A stretch of DNA of 63,993 bases, the filler included, from Catajapyx aquilonaris (taxonomy: Eukaryota), in NCBI GenBank assembly GCA_000934665.2. It is 4 parts of 4 records of this genome, joined end to end, with 100 filler letters (N's around TTAATTAATTAA, not from the genome) between each part and the next. Parts side by side here need not be neighbours in the genome. Positions count along the whole stretch, not along the records: positions 16,123 to 32,064 come from KZ539672.1; positions 32,165 to 48,100 come from KZ539673.1; 2 more parts are not named here. One strand, given 5' to 3'. Below, one piece after another: positions 21,879 to 34,121 of the stretch. Each line of letters opens with the position of its first letter. Position 1 is the stretch's first letter. The notes beneath the pieces are model-generated. The model was not told the origin of the DNA. It ran no database searches and worked only from the letters and a program-made list of their open reading frames with translations. A program made the translations under genes and the position numbers.

Positions 21879-22167
21879 ACACCGAAGCAGTTTGGAGTAG
21901 GGGATATGGTGTCCGACTGCTAATCGGGAGGTCCTGGGATCAAATCCCGGGGCCGGCAACTCTGACCGTGGATTTCTGTGGTTTCCCATGGTCCTTCCAG
22001 GAAAATTCCGGAGTCGTTTCCGTAATTAATAGGCCACAGCCGCTTCCTTCCGTCCCTATCCTATCCCAAAAATCGCAGTAAAATGAAAGCAAAGAGTTCC
22101 AGGCAAAACAAAAAACTTCCCCCCTAAAGAGCCGATAGGCTGATAACGGGGCATGAATTAATTAATT
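21879..22167 (+). mobile_element. SINE family A, full length, 16-bp TSD
   Basis: TSD AAATTAAGAGCCTCAG at 21863-21878 and 22168-22183. Closely similar to the copy at 58589. Confidence 0.88.
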
Positions 22168-25100
22168 AAATTAAGAGCCTCAGTTACTACATGAACGTAT
22201 TTCATTCAACGACACACGTAATGCACAATGACACAAAGAAAAGAAATTCATGCCCGAGGCTTTCTTGTAAGAAAGGCCTTCCTTTCATCCTGACCTGTTA
22301 GACAATCCCAGCATTGCAGCGGTAGGAGCCTAACCTGCAGGCTCAAGAAGAACAAGTGTGAAAATCTTGGAAAAGACTGGGCCTTATTGAATGGGAAGTA
22401 GCCTGAAGCAAATATGGCCATATCCACTCTATTCACCAGCATAAGCACGTGTCATATAATTCAGATCAGTTTTCAAAATGTGGATGAGTAGGCGTAAAAA
22501 AATAATCACTGCGTTAGTTACAATAAACAACAAAATAATGAAAAGTGAAAAATGTCCCTATCCTCCCCATCATCCACTACAGCGAGTATACCAGGGGCAG
22601 GACCAGTACATTGCCTGAAAAGCTCGCCACGTTACTAATGCATAAGCACCTAAATAATTATTACCACTCACATAGCCTACTATGAATCAGGCGAATTCTG
22701 CGGCTACCCGAAACAACATTGCAAGCGTCAAATTATACCTCCCGGAAATATGGATTTTTGCCACGTGTTCATATTTCTCCTGTGAATAAAATATCAACTC
22801 TCTTCATTTTACACGTAGGCCTACTGCATAATATTTTTAGTATTACAGGATTGCAAATAATATTTGAAAAGCATTTAAAAAATATTTGGCAAGGAGATAA
22901 AATGAATCAGTGTATTACTATAAGTTTCAGATTAAATGACGTAATTACCAATAGGTCTGCTAAAAATATGGGCCTGCATTTTTGCGTCTGTACCATTAAG
23001 AATTCACTGTAACATCAATATAGCGTGAATTTATTTCTAAAAATAAATATAATACTATACTTTGAGAAGGAAAAATGGTCATCAAAATGCTAAAGTTCCA
23101 TACCATTTAAAGGTCGAACTCAATGGATGTGTAGATGTCAAAAAGGTTAAACGAAGCAGCAACAGCCGAAAATTAAGATAATTACGATGAATGTTGTAAC
23201 ATATTAATCCTCTGATAACCACTACAATTTGGCATCCGAATTTCAGAATTTGTCACGTATGAACGTCACCTGGTGACCAAACAACGAACCTGCATAATTA
23301 GTTACTCCACGATAGTCCATGTTTTAACTGATCTATTTTAATCATTGGCTGATGCGTTGATGGATTTTTATAGTGTGAGAGAACGATAAAACCCAGCGAA
23401 AATTCACATAAATATGGCAAGAACCCATTGACACATCAGAAACTCGGGGTTCGAACTTGGGACCTCACAGGCTGGATCTAACCACTACACCATCCGTCCA
23501 TGAACCTGACATGTATATACTGTGCACCAGAATTTTCTGTCAATTCGCACTTACATTTTGGTCAATATGCCTATACATCAAGTATTCTACTATGCAGATT
23601 TCACTGAACGTGACTGAGTTATGCTACACAAAATAATATGTACTTGGCTACACGGTTTACTTCAGTGCCCATGGATGGCTTCTGTGATCCAATGCAGCTC
23701 CTTGGTGCTATACTTGGAAAAAAAAATCCACATTGCAGATCATTACACTTCAAAACTACTTAATAATTTGCAGCTACGTCACTCCGGTATATTGACAAAC
23801 ACCGAAAAGTGAAACAAACCATACTGAAGGCCGTCGAAAGACCCGTTCAGACAAAAAGTGAGCTCGATTTTTATCCATCACCTGAGGAGTGTTCCGGGCT
23901 GTCTAGTCCCTCGGGGACACTCTTCCTCCTTCCCTGCTTGCCGATCAGAAGAGCAGCTGCAACAGTCCTTTCTTTCCAGACTTGCTGAGAAAGAGGACGC
24001 TCAATATTTGTCCCCGGGTGTAGAGCCGGCAAGGTAGAGTCCGAGTCAAGTCGTCCACCTGCCGAAGAACTATCGGAGGATGACAGTGTCTCCGTGGAGG
24101 AAGCGCCCAAACGAACCAAACTTTCTGGGTTGTACGCTGGGGACAGGAACGCACTGTATGCCTTGTTTGGGTTGCTCCCTCGAGCAAAGGAAAACCGTCT
24201 GGCAGGCGACGACATGCTTGTCACACACTGGTCAACTGCATTGGACACACGGAGCCTGCCCAGGGCTGGGCTGGGGAGTTGACTAATTGCATGTGAGCGC
24301 CACTTTCTGTAGACCCAACTTTTGCAAGGAAAGGGCAAAGTATAGAGAGAGGGTGGGGGGATTGGAGGGGGTGTGGACACAACCAGTTCTACCCACCCGC
24401 ATCCATGGTAACCAGGAAACACCTGACGAGGACCCCCTCCCACCTCCATACCCTAGGTGAATGATTCATGACGATCGATTCTAACCTGGTGGACTGACGC
24501 TGCCAGGGTCACTTGAGCATGCCTTCTAGGCTCGCATGGGTCTTGATTGTTTTCGTAATTAGTCGAGGCCGACGCGACAGTTGATCGATCCAGGCTGGCG
24601 ATCAAAGGGTTAAGGCTATTGCTTGAGAGAAAGCATTTTCTCACATGTGTTATTTTTGAAGTGGGGAAAAAGTATGGAAATTTTAAAACCAAATTGCAGT
24701 TTTCTGCAGACAAAATTTGGTTTCCAATCTGCTGGTTGCGCCTAGGTAATATCATCTTATGTCTTGGGTGGTCATGTTGAGACAGACACCAGAATAGTAC
24801 CAATACCGGTATATTGTGCACCATTCGTTCAATGTTGTATGTGCTTTTGGCTCCCTGCTTCTGTCCTAGTGTATTTTGGGATTTGACCTGACCAATGGGA
24901 ATGATGAACGTGACATGATGCAGCACTAAAGCATAATATGGTATTGTAGAGAAAACGGACTTAGGGAATTTTTAAAATTATAACTTTCACTGATTGAGAA
25001 TTCAGATTGCATTAAAAGAGCAGGTATATGTCTATAGTTAATTAGGTTTTTCACGTATTAATTTTATTAAGAAGGGAGTTGGTTGCAAGAAGGTCACGTG

Positions 25101-26374
25101 GCCCACGGTGCGGTGGCATCTCCGGTATTATAACCGGCAGTGTTCTATGGATGCATTGAACGAGACTGGATAGCAAATTGCACTATAATAATTAATACCC
25201 AACTGCTTGCCGCAATTCTATACTGCAGCCTTCACCACATCGTTCCTCTAGATAGAAGCTTTTGCCACCAATAACCGATAAGCTCTTCTTCAGGTCGAGG
25301 ATAACATGTTCTCAAAGTACTCGCAAGGGCAAGATCTCACACCACTGGACTTTGTTCCAGTATAGGACGGGAAGCTTTGGAGCACCCATCACCTTTAGAC
25401 ACTGTCTTGAGTGTGATAAGCTTGCCCGTTCAGACTACTATGGTTTCTGTGACCTGAAGGAGCACTTTATAATGGCAAGGAATTTCGGAGCTACAATCAT
25501 AATTTTGAAGGATATGGTGATTATCGATGAATAGATCGGGAAGGTCCGAATTACTGAGATAATGGCATTGACAATAGACTAATACCATCAATCGATGGGA
25601 CTTTGTCCAGAGGCTTGGGAGCTACACGGAGAGGACTCAAAAACCATGCAATAATGCAATAAAACTGAACTTATTTATGGTGCAAATAATTTTATCAATT
25701 TAAAAAAAGGACTGAAGATACAGCTGTTACTCTGTGTCGGTTCACTGTCCCTAGACATAATGCATCCAGATTCCAGGTTGACTAAGGTAGTAAGGTAGAC
25801 CACCTGCTATTCTTAGTTGAAGGTGAAACAAAATAATTGTGTGTTGACTGCAACGATTATGGAATCTCCAGGCGTCACTTACCGTGTGTTTCATAATATA
25901 CCGGTACGTATTAAGTTCCTGTCCATATAAGTGAGATAAAAATGTCGTTGACGTTCGCCCTCAGGCGCCTCATATTTATTTCGCGTTTTGAATATCCAAT
26001 TTTATGTTATTTCCAATAATGTATATGGAACTACCGATGTAGCTTAGCTGTAACGCCAGTGTAAACTTACTAATCCCTGCATTCGTTTATTTCAGTGCAG
26101 TGGGCGTGGCCTCTCTGCACTGCATTTGTTTACCCCTGTGTAGTTTCTGGTGTTACACCAGGGCAGCAGAACTAGTTATAGTCTACGCTCGGTTCTGAAC
26201 GTGCAAGGCGTATCAGGAAGCCTTACACCATGACGCCATTACACTACACTCTGACATTACTGCACTGCCCCTTACACTACACCGGCGAATAGACCTACTC
26301 TAGAATTTGTCGATCTTGGCTATTCTTCGTGTTTGTTACTTCTGGTCTATAGTCAAATACTTGACTGAAAACTG

Positions 26375-26627
26375 CCATATGAAGACCTCGGGGGAAGAAC
26401 GATCAAGGTCCACCTCAGGTGAAACAGATATTACAATTTTAAATTTCGAAGGCCCATAAGGTTCCATTGTACATTCCACTTTCGTGGCCCTCCATAGTGA
26501 CCTATACTCCACAACTCTACGACCAAACCATCATATATATATTCTACACTACAGTAAAAGTATCTTCTGAGATAATAAGTAACTCATTTTTGACAAAATG
26601 TGGACCCCGAGGTCTTCAAATATTGGT
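26375..26627. mobile_element. MITE (~250 bp), with a second copy inverted at ~54545-54810
   Basis: TIR ATATGAAGACCTCGGGG ... CCCCGAGGTCTTCAAATAT. The internal sequence matches the reverse complement of 54545-54810. Confidence 0.7.
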
Positions 26628-27296
26628 GCACTACTCCTAACGAAATAAGCTCCCAAAAATATTCCACGTGAAGGAGACACACATTGAAACACGGACTTGA
26701 CACCCCTCGTTAATTTTTTCTGAACATTGTGAACAATAGTCTTGTGCTGATTTAGGTCATGATCAGCTGATGACCAAGTAGTACATACTGTAAGCTACAG
26801 TACAGTACCGGTATATTGTATGTGGATCCCACAGATGTATACTGTAACGGGACAACCCTTAAAAATACTCGTATGCATACCATACGTATGTTCATAGTAA
26901 CCAGTTTTAAAAATATTATATTAGCCTCGTATACTCCAGTAACGTGAGCATTTTTGGTCTAATAAGGTTTCGACTATAATATGTTAGGATATTCATCAGA
27001 TTATTTCAGAAAGTCCTGGATATTTCGGTTCATTAAAACCGATATTTTTCAGGCATAATAATATCAGTTTTGTAAAACTGCTGTTAATTACACGCGAATA
27101 TGCAGCTCTTACGACGTCGCGTCGCCTGTAATTGTGCGGGTAATATGAAATTGCTAGTAAACTGGGGGACTTTGGCTATTTTTGTGAATCCTAATAGACA
27201 GCAGAAAAGAAGTCTGAAAGGTTCTTGTATTCTCCAATGGATTATAAATACTGTATAAAGAAAATGTTATCGGAGATAGTTGAGGGTTATCATTTC

Positions 27297-28493
27297 AAAA
27301 CTGGCCAAGTCCTTTAGAGACAGTTTTACAGGAAAGGCGAAAAACCTCCTGCAGCTTTCAGTGTGATTATGGGTCTACAAAAATGAATTGATAATATTCC
27401 TAGAAGGGATAGATACATATTTCATATATCACAAGATGTACTTTCATACGGGAACCCCCACAAAAAAATGAAACATTTTGGACTTGGCTGATTTTGATGC
27501 GCATCAGTCATGGACTTGGCTACTTTTGTTGCACACATTCATGAGCATAGCGATTTTTGCAGCAAATAGATTTCCTTTCAGCTAGAAATATAACAGGAAT
27601 AATTTATTATAATATAATTAATATAATAGACTATAATTAATTAAAAATGAGACCAGGATAAAACATAACGAGAATGAAAATTGGTGAAAATTGGGTAACA
27701 TGCAGAGAAAATAGAACCCAAGTTAGTGAATAAAATTATTATTAATGTGCCACTTTTTTATTATTCCCTTACAATGATGACAGTCATCATGATCATGATC
27801 ACAGAGGTGAAGGTTTAGAAACTGGTCATAATATTAATTATTGTTCAGAATCAATTTTTTCCCCATCATGACCGCAGGTGGGGAGTGTTATTGGAGGACC
27901 CTTGGATGAATACCGTCCTGTTGGTGAAAACATTTTTGTTGCTGACCCTATAGGCCCTACTCTCGTTATTGGTTTTTTTTAAAACTATTCCCAATGACCT
28001 CTTCTTGGAACTCACCTCCGCCTTTTCTCCATTTCTCTCTTCCATGTGGTGGGATCCGCTCGCCACCACCTTCCCCCCCCCCCCCCCCCCACGGGTAACA
28101 GGAGTCTGTGACTCTCCAGCATCATGTGCATCCATCGAACGCACACACGTACGGCACAAGGACCAGCTTTGTGTACACACCGACGAAACTAATGGGTCGG
28201 CAACTAGCACGCCGCCATGATTGCTTTGCGTTGGCTCGCCTTGCTAATCAGGAACGGGTCACGTGGGTCCATAGGTGCCCGCTGATTGGCTAAATAGGAC
28301 TTGGCCGATTTTGATTCAAACTGCTTAGTGGACATGGCTGTTTTTGAAACAAATCGTCATCTTCAACACCTAATTTGAACGTGATATGGACGTTTTTGAA
28401 ACAAACTGAATCTCGCCCTTCATGAGTACATGTGGCAAGAAACAGATGGCGTCCTTAACTCGATTTGGCCCTGGACTGGACTTGGCCAGTTTT
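27297..28493. mobile_element. Putative non-autonomous DNA transposon with GGACTTGGC subterminal motifs
   Basis: Inverted 16-mer AAAACTGGCCAAGTCC / GGACTTGGCCAGTTTT. Internal GGAC(T/A)TGGC repeats at ~27481, 27513, 28297 and 28330. No clear TSD. Confidence 0.45.
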
Positions 28494-30589
28494 CTATTCA
28501 TGTCAATTCCGTGTTTATCAATGCTATTTATTTATTTATTTATTTATTGTCAATTCTGTTACTTGTACTTAGTTATAGTCGAAGATAATGTTGGCGGTAA
28601 GTGCATGTGAGGAGATTAATTTTAAAGCAGACACTGAATTATTATCAATCTTGATCAAGACACACGTACTGTAGCCTACACCCTACAGTGTAGCCTACTG
28701 TACAATGCTGCGTCATCTAGCTTCGTTACCTTATAGAATTGTTGACCAATCGAGCTGTACTGAAACCATTTTAAACCATATTATCTGCAGCAGGTATCTA
28801 GATCTCTCTGTACCGTATACTATACTGTATATAGGCCTATACCTATGCTGTTCAGCTTGCAGAAAGGCCTCTCGAAAGTCCCTCCTTCCAATATAGGCCT
28901 TCTTGCCACCCCGCCAGCAGAGAGATCTACTGGTGTAAAATACGAAAATGTCAGCAATTGATTTTTATTATCAGCTTATATGGCAAGTCTTATAATCTCC
29001 GAGTCCTAGTAAAAACTAGTAAATTATGATAGAATGTTGCCAATTTGCATTGGCAACCTTGAAAATTATAAGCATAGGGCGCCTTCGAAGAGGAAGTTTA
29101 GGGGCATCGCAGCTTATTTTTAGGCATATTTTCCTAGTTTGTTGCAAAGGTGCAGCCATCGTCATAGTCATACGATAGTATATATTCCAAGTGGGTCCAC
29201 ATTCTTCTACGTGGAATATGGACCAGCTGGAGAAGAGGAGGTGAAATAAGCGCGAGCCGGAATTGGCATCTATGGCAGAGAGGCTATTGACTTTATGAGG
29301 TNGGGGGGGGGGAGACAGGGAGGATAGATATATGCATATACGGTACCGTTTTCCTCCGCCATCCTCATATCCACTGAAGGTTTTGGCAATTCCCGTTAGC
29401 ATGCGCTGACAGTGTGCTTAGCTGAGGCGACATTACGCGGCCAGTGTTCACACTACTAGGTCGCCTCCTCTGTGATTATTTCTTATTTTGCGTTTTAGCT
29501 CGTGTTGTCGTGAATGTATCATGTAATTCCACAAAGTAAGAGGCTGGTGGAATATATTGACCTGTTTTTCCTCATTCTTGATCATATAGCATAATATACC
29601 AGGGTGGTTCCATTTCAGATCAGCCAGTGAGTGAAAAAAGGTGTCAGGTCATAGTCATCGATTTTTTTGAAAAATATATATGTGAAACCCACATCGAATT
29701 GAACTCTTATGGAACAATCAGTTTTACCAGATTAAATTTAGTTATCGAGTTATTAATATTTATTTGAAGGGGTACCAAAATCACAATCACGCGAAGACGC
29801 ACTTTTTCCCGATTCTTCCATTGCTTTCAATGAGTATATCTCGGGAACTGTTCAGAGAACCAACATGAAATTTTTAACTCATGCTTTTGGAATGACACGC
29901 TGTTATGTCATGCATAAATTTACCTCATTTAATGGTACAGTCACCTGCAAAAAAATCTCCAACATTGCATATTTTGGTCAAAATTCGCATATTTCGCAAT
30001 TTATTACGGCGTTATGGTAAACGTGACGGTTATGCCGATTATATAGTCCCCGGCGGGTTAACTTGGCAGTCCACCCTCCCAACACTCCCAGCCAATGGCA
30101 TGCCTGGATTGGGATGGGGAGGAATGGTGGGGTCCAGGTGGAGTGGGGATGAGTGACATTCACCGAAACATACGCCGGATCAGTCGCCGGATGCTCCGCC
30201 GGATGCTAGGCTGAATGCTTGAAATACATGTGTACATATTGCCATTAAAGGTTTGCTTTAGGATGTGTGTCGCAACAATTCACGACATCAATATTTCCAA
30301 GAGGTCAGCGTGGCGGAGGGATGTGACGTAGAAGGCAGAGGGAGGTAGGGGAACGAGGTTGGGGCTAGGGGGTAGAGGAGGTAGGCTGCGGCGGGGAGAG
30401 GCGGGGGGGGGGGGGGGGGGGNGGGGGGTAAGAGGGGGCGTTGCCAGAAACCCCCACCCTGACACGTTAGGAGGCAATCTACTATATTTTGTGATATACT
30501 CGGTGACCCCCTCCAGGCTATGAAATAAAATCTTCGTTAGCTCCGCGTGTAGTTGAGATATGCGAGGTGAAAATATGGCAACAAGCGAA

Positions 30590-31898
30590 AACATGCATAT
30601 TTCAAAAATTATTTTCTCGAAAAAGCCATTTTTTAAAATTTATTTTTATTTTTTATTTTACAAGGAAAGGCATGGTATAAAATTATCTGGTGTCAAAACC
30701 CCGTATATGTTTTTTATACGTGAGATACAAATTTTTGAAAAGTCACAACTTTTGTAATTGTGCTACAAAATGCACAATTCAAATAAATATTTTCTCGAAG
30801 AAGCCATTTTAAATATTTTATTTTTATTTTTTATTTTATAAGGTCGGACATGTTATAAAATTAAGTAGTGTCAAAACCCGGTATATATTTCTTATACGTG
30901 AGATATAAATTTTTGTAAAGTAACCGCATTCGAAATTGGGCTACAATATGCACACTTAAAATAAATATTTTCTCGAAGAAGCCATTTTGAAAATTTAATC
31001 GTTATTTTTTGTATAACAAAGTAGCATGAGTTCGATTATAAAATTATATCAAAATTCGGTATATATTTGTATTCAGTGAGACACGATTTTTTTTTACAGT
31101 GATGATTTTTGTTTCTATGCAACAACATGCGCATTTCAAAAATTAATATATGGAAAACGCCATTTTAAATATGCAATATTCTTTTATATTTCATAAAGGA
31201 AAGACCGGTTCAGTCATAAAATAATATAAAAACCTGATATAGATTCTTGATGATACAAATTTATGAAATGTGGAATTTTTGCATTCGTTTAGTGTGTTTC
31301 AACACCCTTGCAGTTACTTCTAAATTAATACCGGTATTGGACATAAAAAATAAATGTCAACAACTAATCTGGAAACCTTCCATAATGGTCAACAGAAAGC
31401 AAGGGGGAATTAAATGTAAAATGGACCCACTTTCGTGACCATCTTCATGAGCTATGGAATGCATGAAATTATACATTTATATAAAACTGTAAAACATCAT
31501 GAAACCCTCCCCATTATTGTATGAGACTATGCATACATGGGACAGTGTGTGTTGGTTACACCATCGGGAAATTAATATGTATCCATTTCGCATTTAATTC
31601 CCCCTTGCCTTCTGTTGACCATTATGGAAGGTTTCCAGATTAGTTGTTGACATTTATTTTTTATGTCGAATATTACTTTAGAAGTAACTGCAAGGATGTT
31701 GAAACACTAAACGAAAGCAAAAATACCACTTTTCATAAATTTGTATCATCAAGAATCTATACCAGGTTTTTATATTATTTTATGACAGAACCGGTCTTTC
31801 CTTTGTGAAATATAAAAGAATATTGCATATTTAAAATGGCGTTTTCCATATATTAATTTTTGAAATGGGCATGTTGTTGCATAGAAACAAAAATCATC
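30590..31898. repeat. ~178-bp tandem array running into a ~325-bp-arm inverted repeat (fold-back element, truncated)
   Basis: Units start at ~30593, 30770, 30948 and 31127. Arm 31100-31426 pairs with 31581-31898. Confidence 0.8.
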
Positions 31899-32064
31899 TA
31901 ATCTAATATATATAAAGCCCCACGCCGAGGAGGAGGATATAGGATGAAAAAGATTTCGCACTTCCCGGGGTCGGAGAGACGTCGGACTTACGCCGTTGGA
32001 TTCCTTGCCACCGGGTTACAATATCCAAAAATCCTCAAAACCGCGAATTTCCCGGCCGTTTTCG
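31899..32064 (+). mobile_element. Probable Helitron 5' end interrupting the fold-back element
   Basis: Inverted-repeat homology stops abruptly at ATC|TAATCTAATATATATAAAG, resembling the TCTA(TA)nAA start of arthropod Helitrons. The 3' end is not in this piece. Confidence 0.5.
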
Positions 32065-32164
32065 NNNNNNNNNNNNNNNNNNNNNNNNNNNNNNNNNNNN
32101 NNNNNNNNTTAATTAATTAANNNNNNNNNNNNNNNNNNNNNNNNNNNNNNNNNNNNNNNNNNNN
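32065..32164. other. Artificial contig spacer
   Basis: N44-TTAATTAATTAA-N44. Confidence 0.95.
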
Positions 32165-33519
32165 CCTGCCCTGGTCATCATTGGCGACGTCCTTTTGACG
32201 TCAATCGACTTTGTCGATTGCGAGTGACCTGGATGAGTATACGCCTCCAGTTGTAGCCTAAAGCACCTTCGAGCGATCCCAGTGAAAAATGGGTCTGCAC
32301 ACTCCCAGTTATTACCCCCTATGACCATTCATCTGTCCAGCTTTCAAAACATTGACACGCAATATCAAACAGGACAAACGCTTCTGGATAAAAAAAACTA
32401 CCATAAAATCCGGACACCCCCTCCCCCCCCCCACCCAAAAAAAATGTGGGTCCGATGGGGAGGGTCGGATAGTTTGTGGTCGCTGCGTCCTCACGTGATA
32501 AGAGTGTGAATGATGGCGTAGGAACCACCGTCAGAAAGGATTACATAGACTGTCCTTAGGGACACTGAGAATTGGCCCACCTGCAAAGTCGCCGCGTGGT
32601 AGTTGTAACTCGTCGCGGGCGCCAATCACATTTAATTAAGCCCACCTCGCACGCAAGGCGCAACCAGCATGCCTCTCTCATAAAAAGGGAAGAGATACCT
32701 TGGGCTCTTTTCCAGGTCCTTTTTCTACTCTTTGTCACTGCCATGGGCTTGAAAACGGAGACGTGCGTGCGTTGCAGATAATGTCGAGTGTTGTAATTAT
32801 GAGGAACCTTCTCGTGAGTGCTGAGGTCGCTCACATATTTTTTGGGGGAGGGACGAGGTGTCGCTTGCAGGTCTTTGACGGTTGGGGGATTTTTTTTTTC
32901 TGGCTTTTGTGTAAGGTCAGTACCTGAGGGTTTTCGCACCCGTGATGGAATGTGTCGCGTGATGCCTTTAGGTGTGATGTTCAAGGTGGAGTGACTTGTT
33001 TCTAATAATGATTGCGTAAATGACAAATTTTAGGAATGCATAGCGGATAGTTGTTGTATACTACTAGTAGCCTCATTATATTCAGGATTTGGAATTAGCA
33101 GCGTGCAGTTTGGGAGCTGCAAAAAAATCAGTGTGCACAAGGGTGTTGTTTGTCTGGCTGAAGTATACAAACACTCCAATTTATTATTGTAATTCCGTTT
33201 TTTGGAGCTCCTGATGGGCACATTTCAGACTGCAAAAGCTGCAAAAGCACATCATTTATCTAATGAAAGTTGCGTAACTGATAGAAATTGTGTTGCAAGT
33301 TGGGGATTCACGTATTGCAAAATTGATTTGAAGGCTTGAATTGCAGAGTCACATTGAAATAATTTTGAGACATGATGGTTTCAAGTTTGATAAAAAGTAG
33401 GCTTATTTAAAAACATGATTGGAAAATCTCGTGAGCGTGATTAGAGTAGACTTTTTCATGTTTATTGTTATTGTCCCCAACATCCGTCACGGTACTGAAA
33501 CTGAAACTACCCATAACTC

Positions 33520-33912
33520 AGTTTCGGCTAAAAGTGGACTTACCCTTTTCCCCCTCCATCCTCTTACCCCTAGACCTCCTCTTTCCCCTTTAAAAAAATC
33601 TATCATAGCAAACCCATCTTTTAGACCTTTTTTCATCCATGGAAAAAAGTCTTATAGCACGGCTCTGTCCGTCCATCGGTCCGTCTGTGGGCAGGTATCA
33701 GGGGGTAGGAGGAGGGAGGGAGGAAAGGGTGATCTGGGGGAGGGGGCGGCGGGGGGAGGGGGCAGCCAGGGGGAAGGGGTGGAAAGAATTAACCCGGAAC
33801 CCGAAAATCGATAAATGTCTTATAGCACGGCTCTGTCTGTCTGATAACTGTCCACAGACAGACAGACAGACAGACAGAGCCGTTCTATAAGACTTTCTCT
33901 CGAAAAAGTCGA
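33520..33912. mobile_element. DINE-1/HINE-like (Helentron-associated) element fragment
   Basis: GTCTTATAGCACGGCTCTGTC followed by a (GTCY)n microsatellite at ~33649 and ~33817, and its inverse (GACA)n-GAGCCGTTCTATAAGAC at ~33858-33893. Confidence 0.5.
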
Positions 33913-33950
33913 AAATAATATTAGAGGTCTGCAACTGGCATATAGTACAG

Positions 33951-34121
33951 TACATCCACTTTCAGAAACGGACGTGACGCATGATTATGTTTCATAAAGC
34001 ACAAATCAGAGGCACGATCAGATATTATCTTTGAAGCTCATTGGGTGGGACGGAGAGGATCATGCCTCTGATTGGTGCTTTATGAAACGTCATCATACAT
34101 CGTTTTCTGAAAGTGGTCGTA
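33951..34121. mobile_element. Small hairpin-type MITE
   Basis: CCACTTTCAGAAAC..GTTTCATAAAGCACAAATCAGAGGCA pairs with TGCCTCTGATTGGTGCTTTATGAAAC..TTTCTGAAAGTGG. Confidence 0.65.

Noticed and set aside
23871..25640. Coding-like, stop-interrupted stretches (possible decayed transposon or endogenous virus)
   Set aside because: No recognisable domain motif; a translated homology search is needed.
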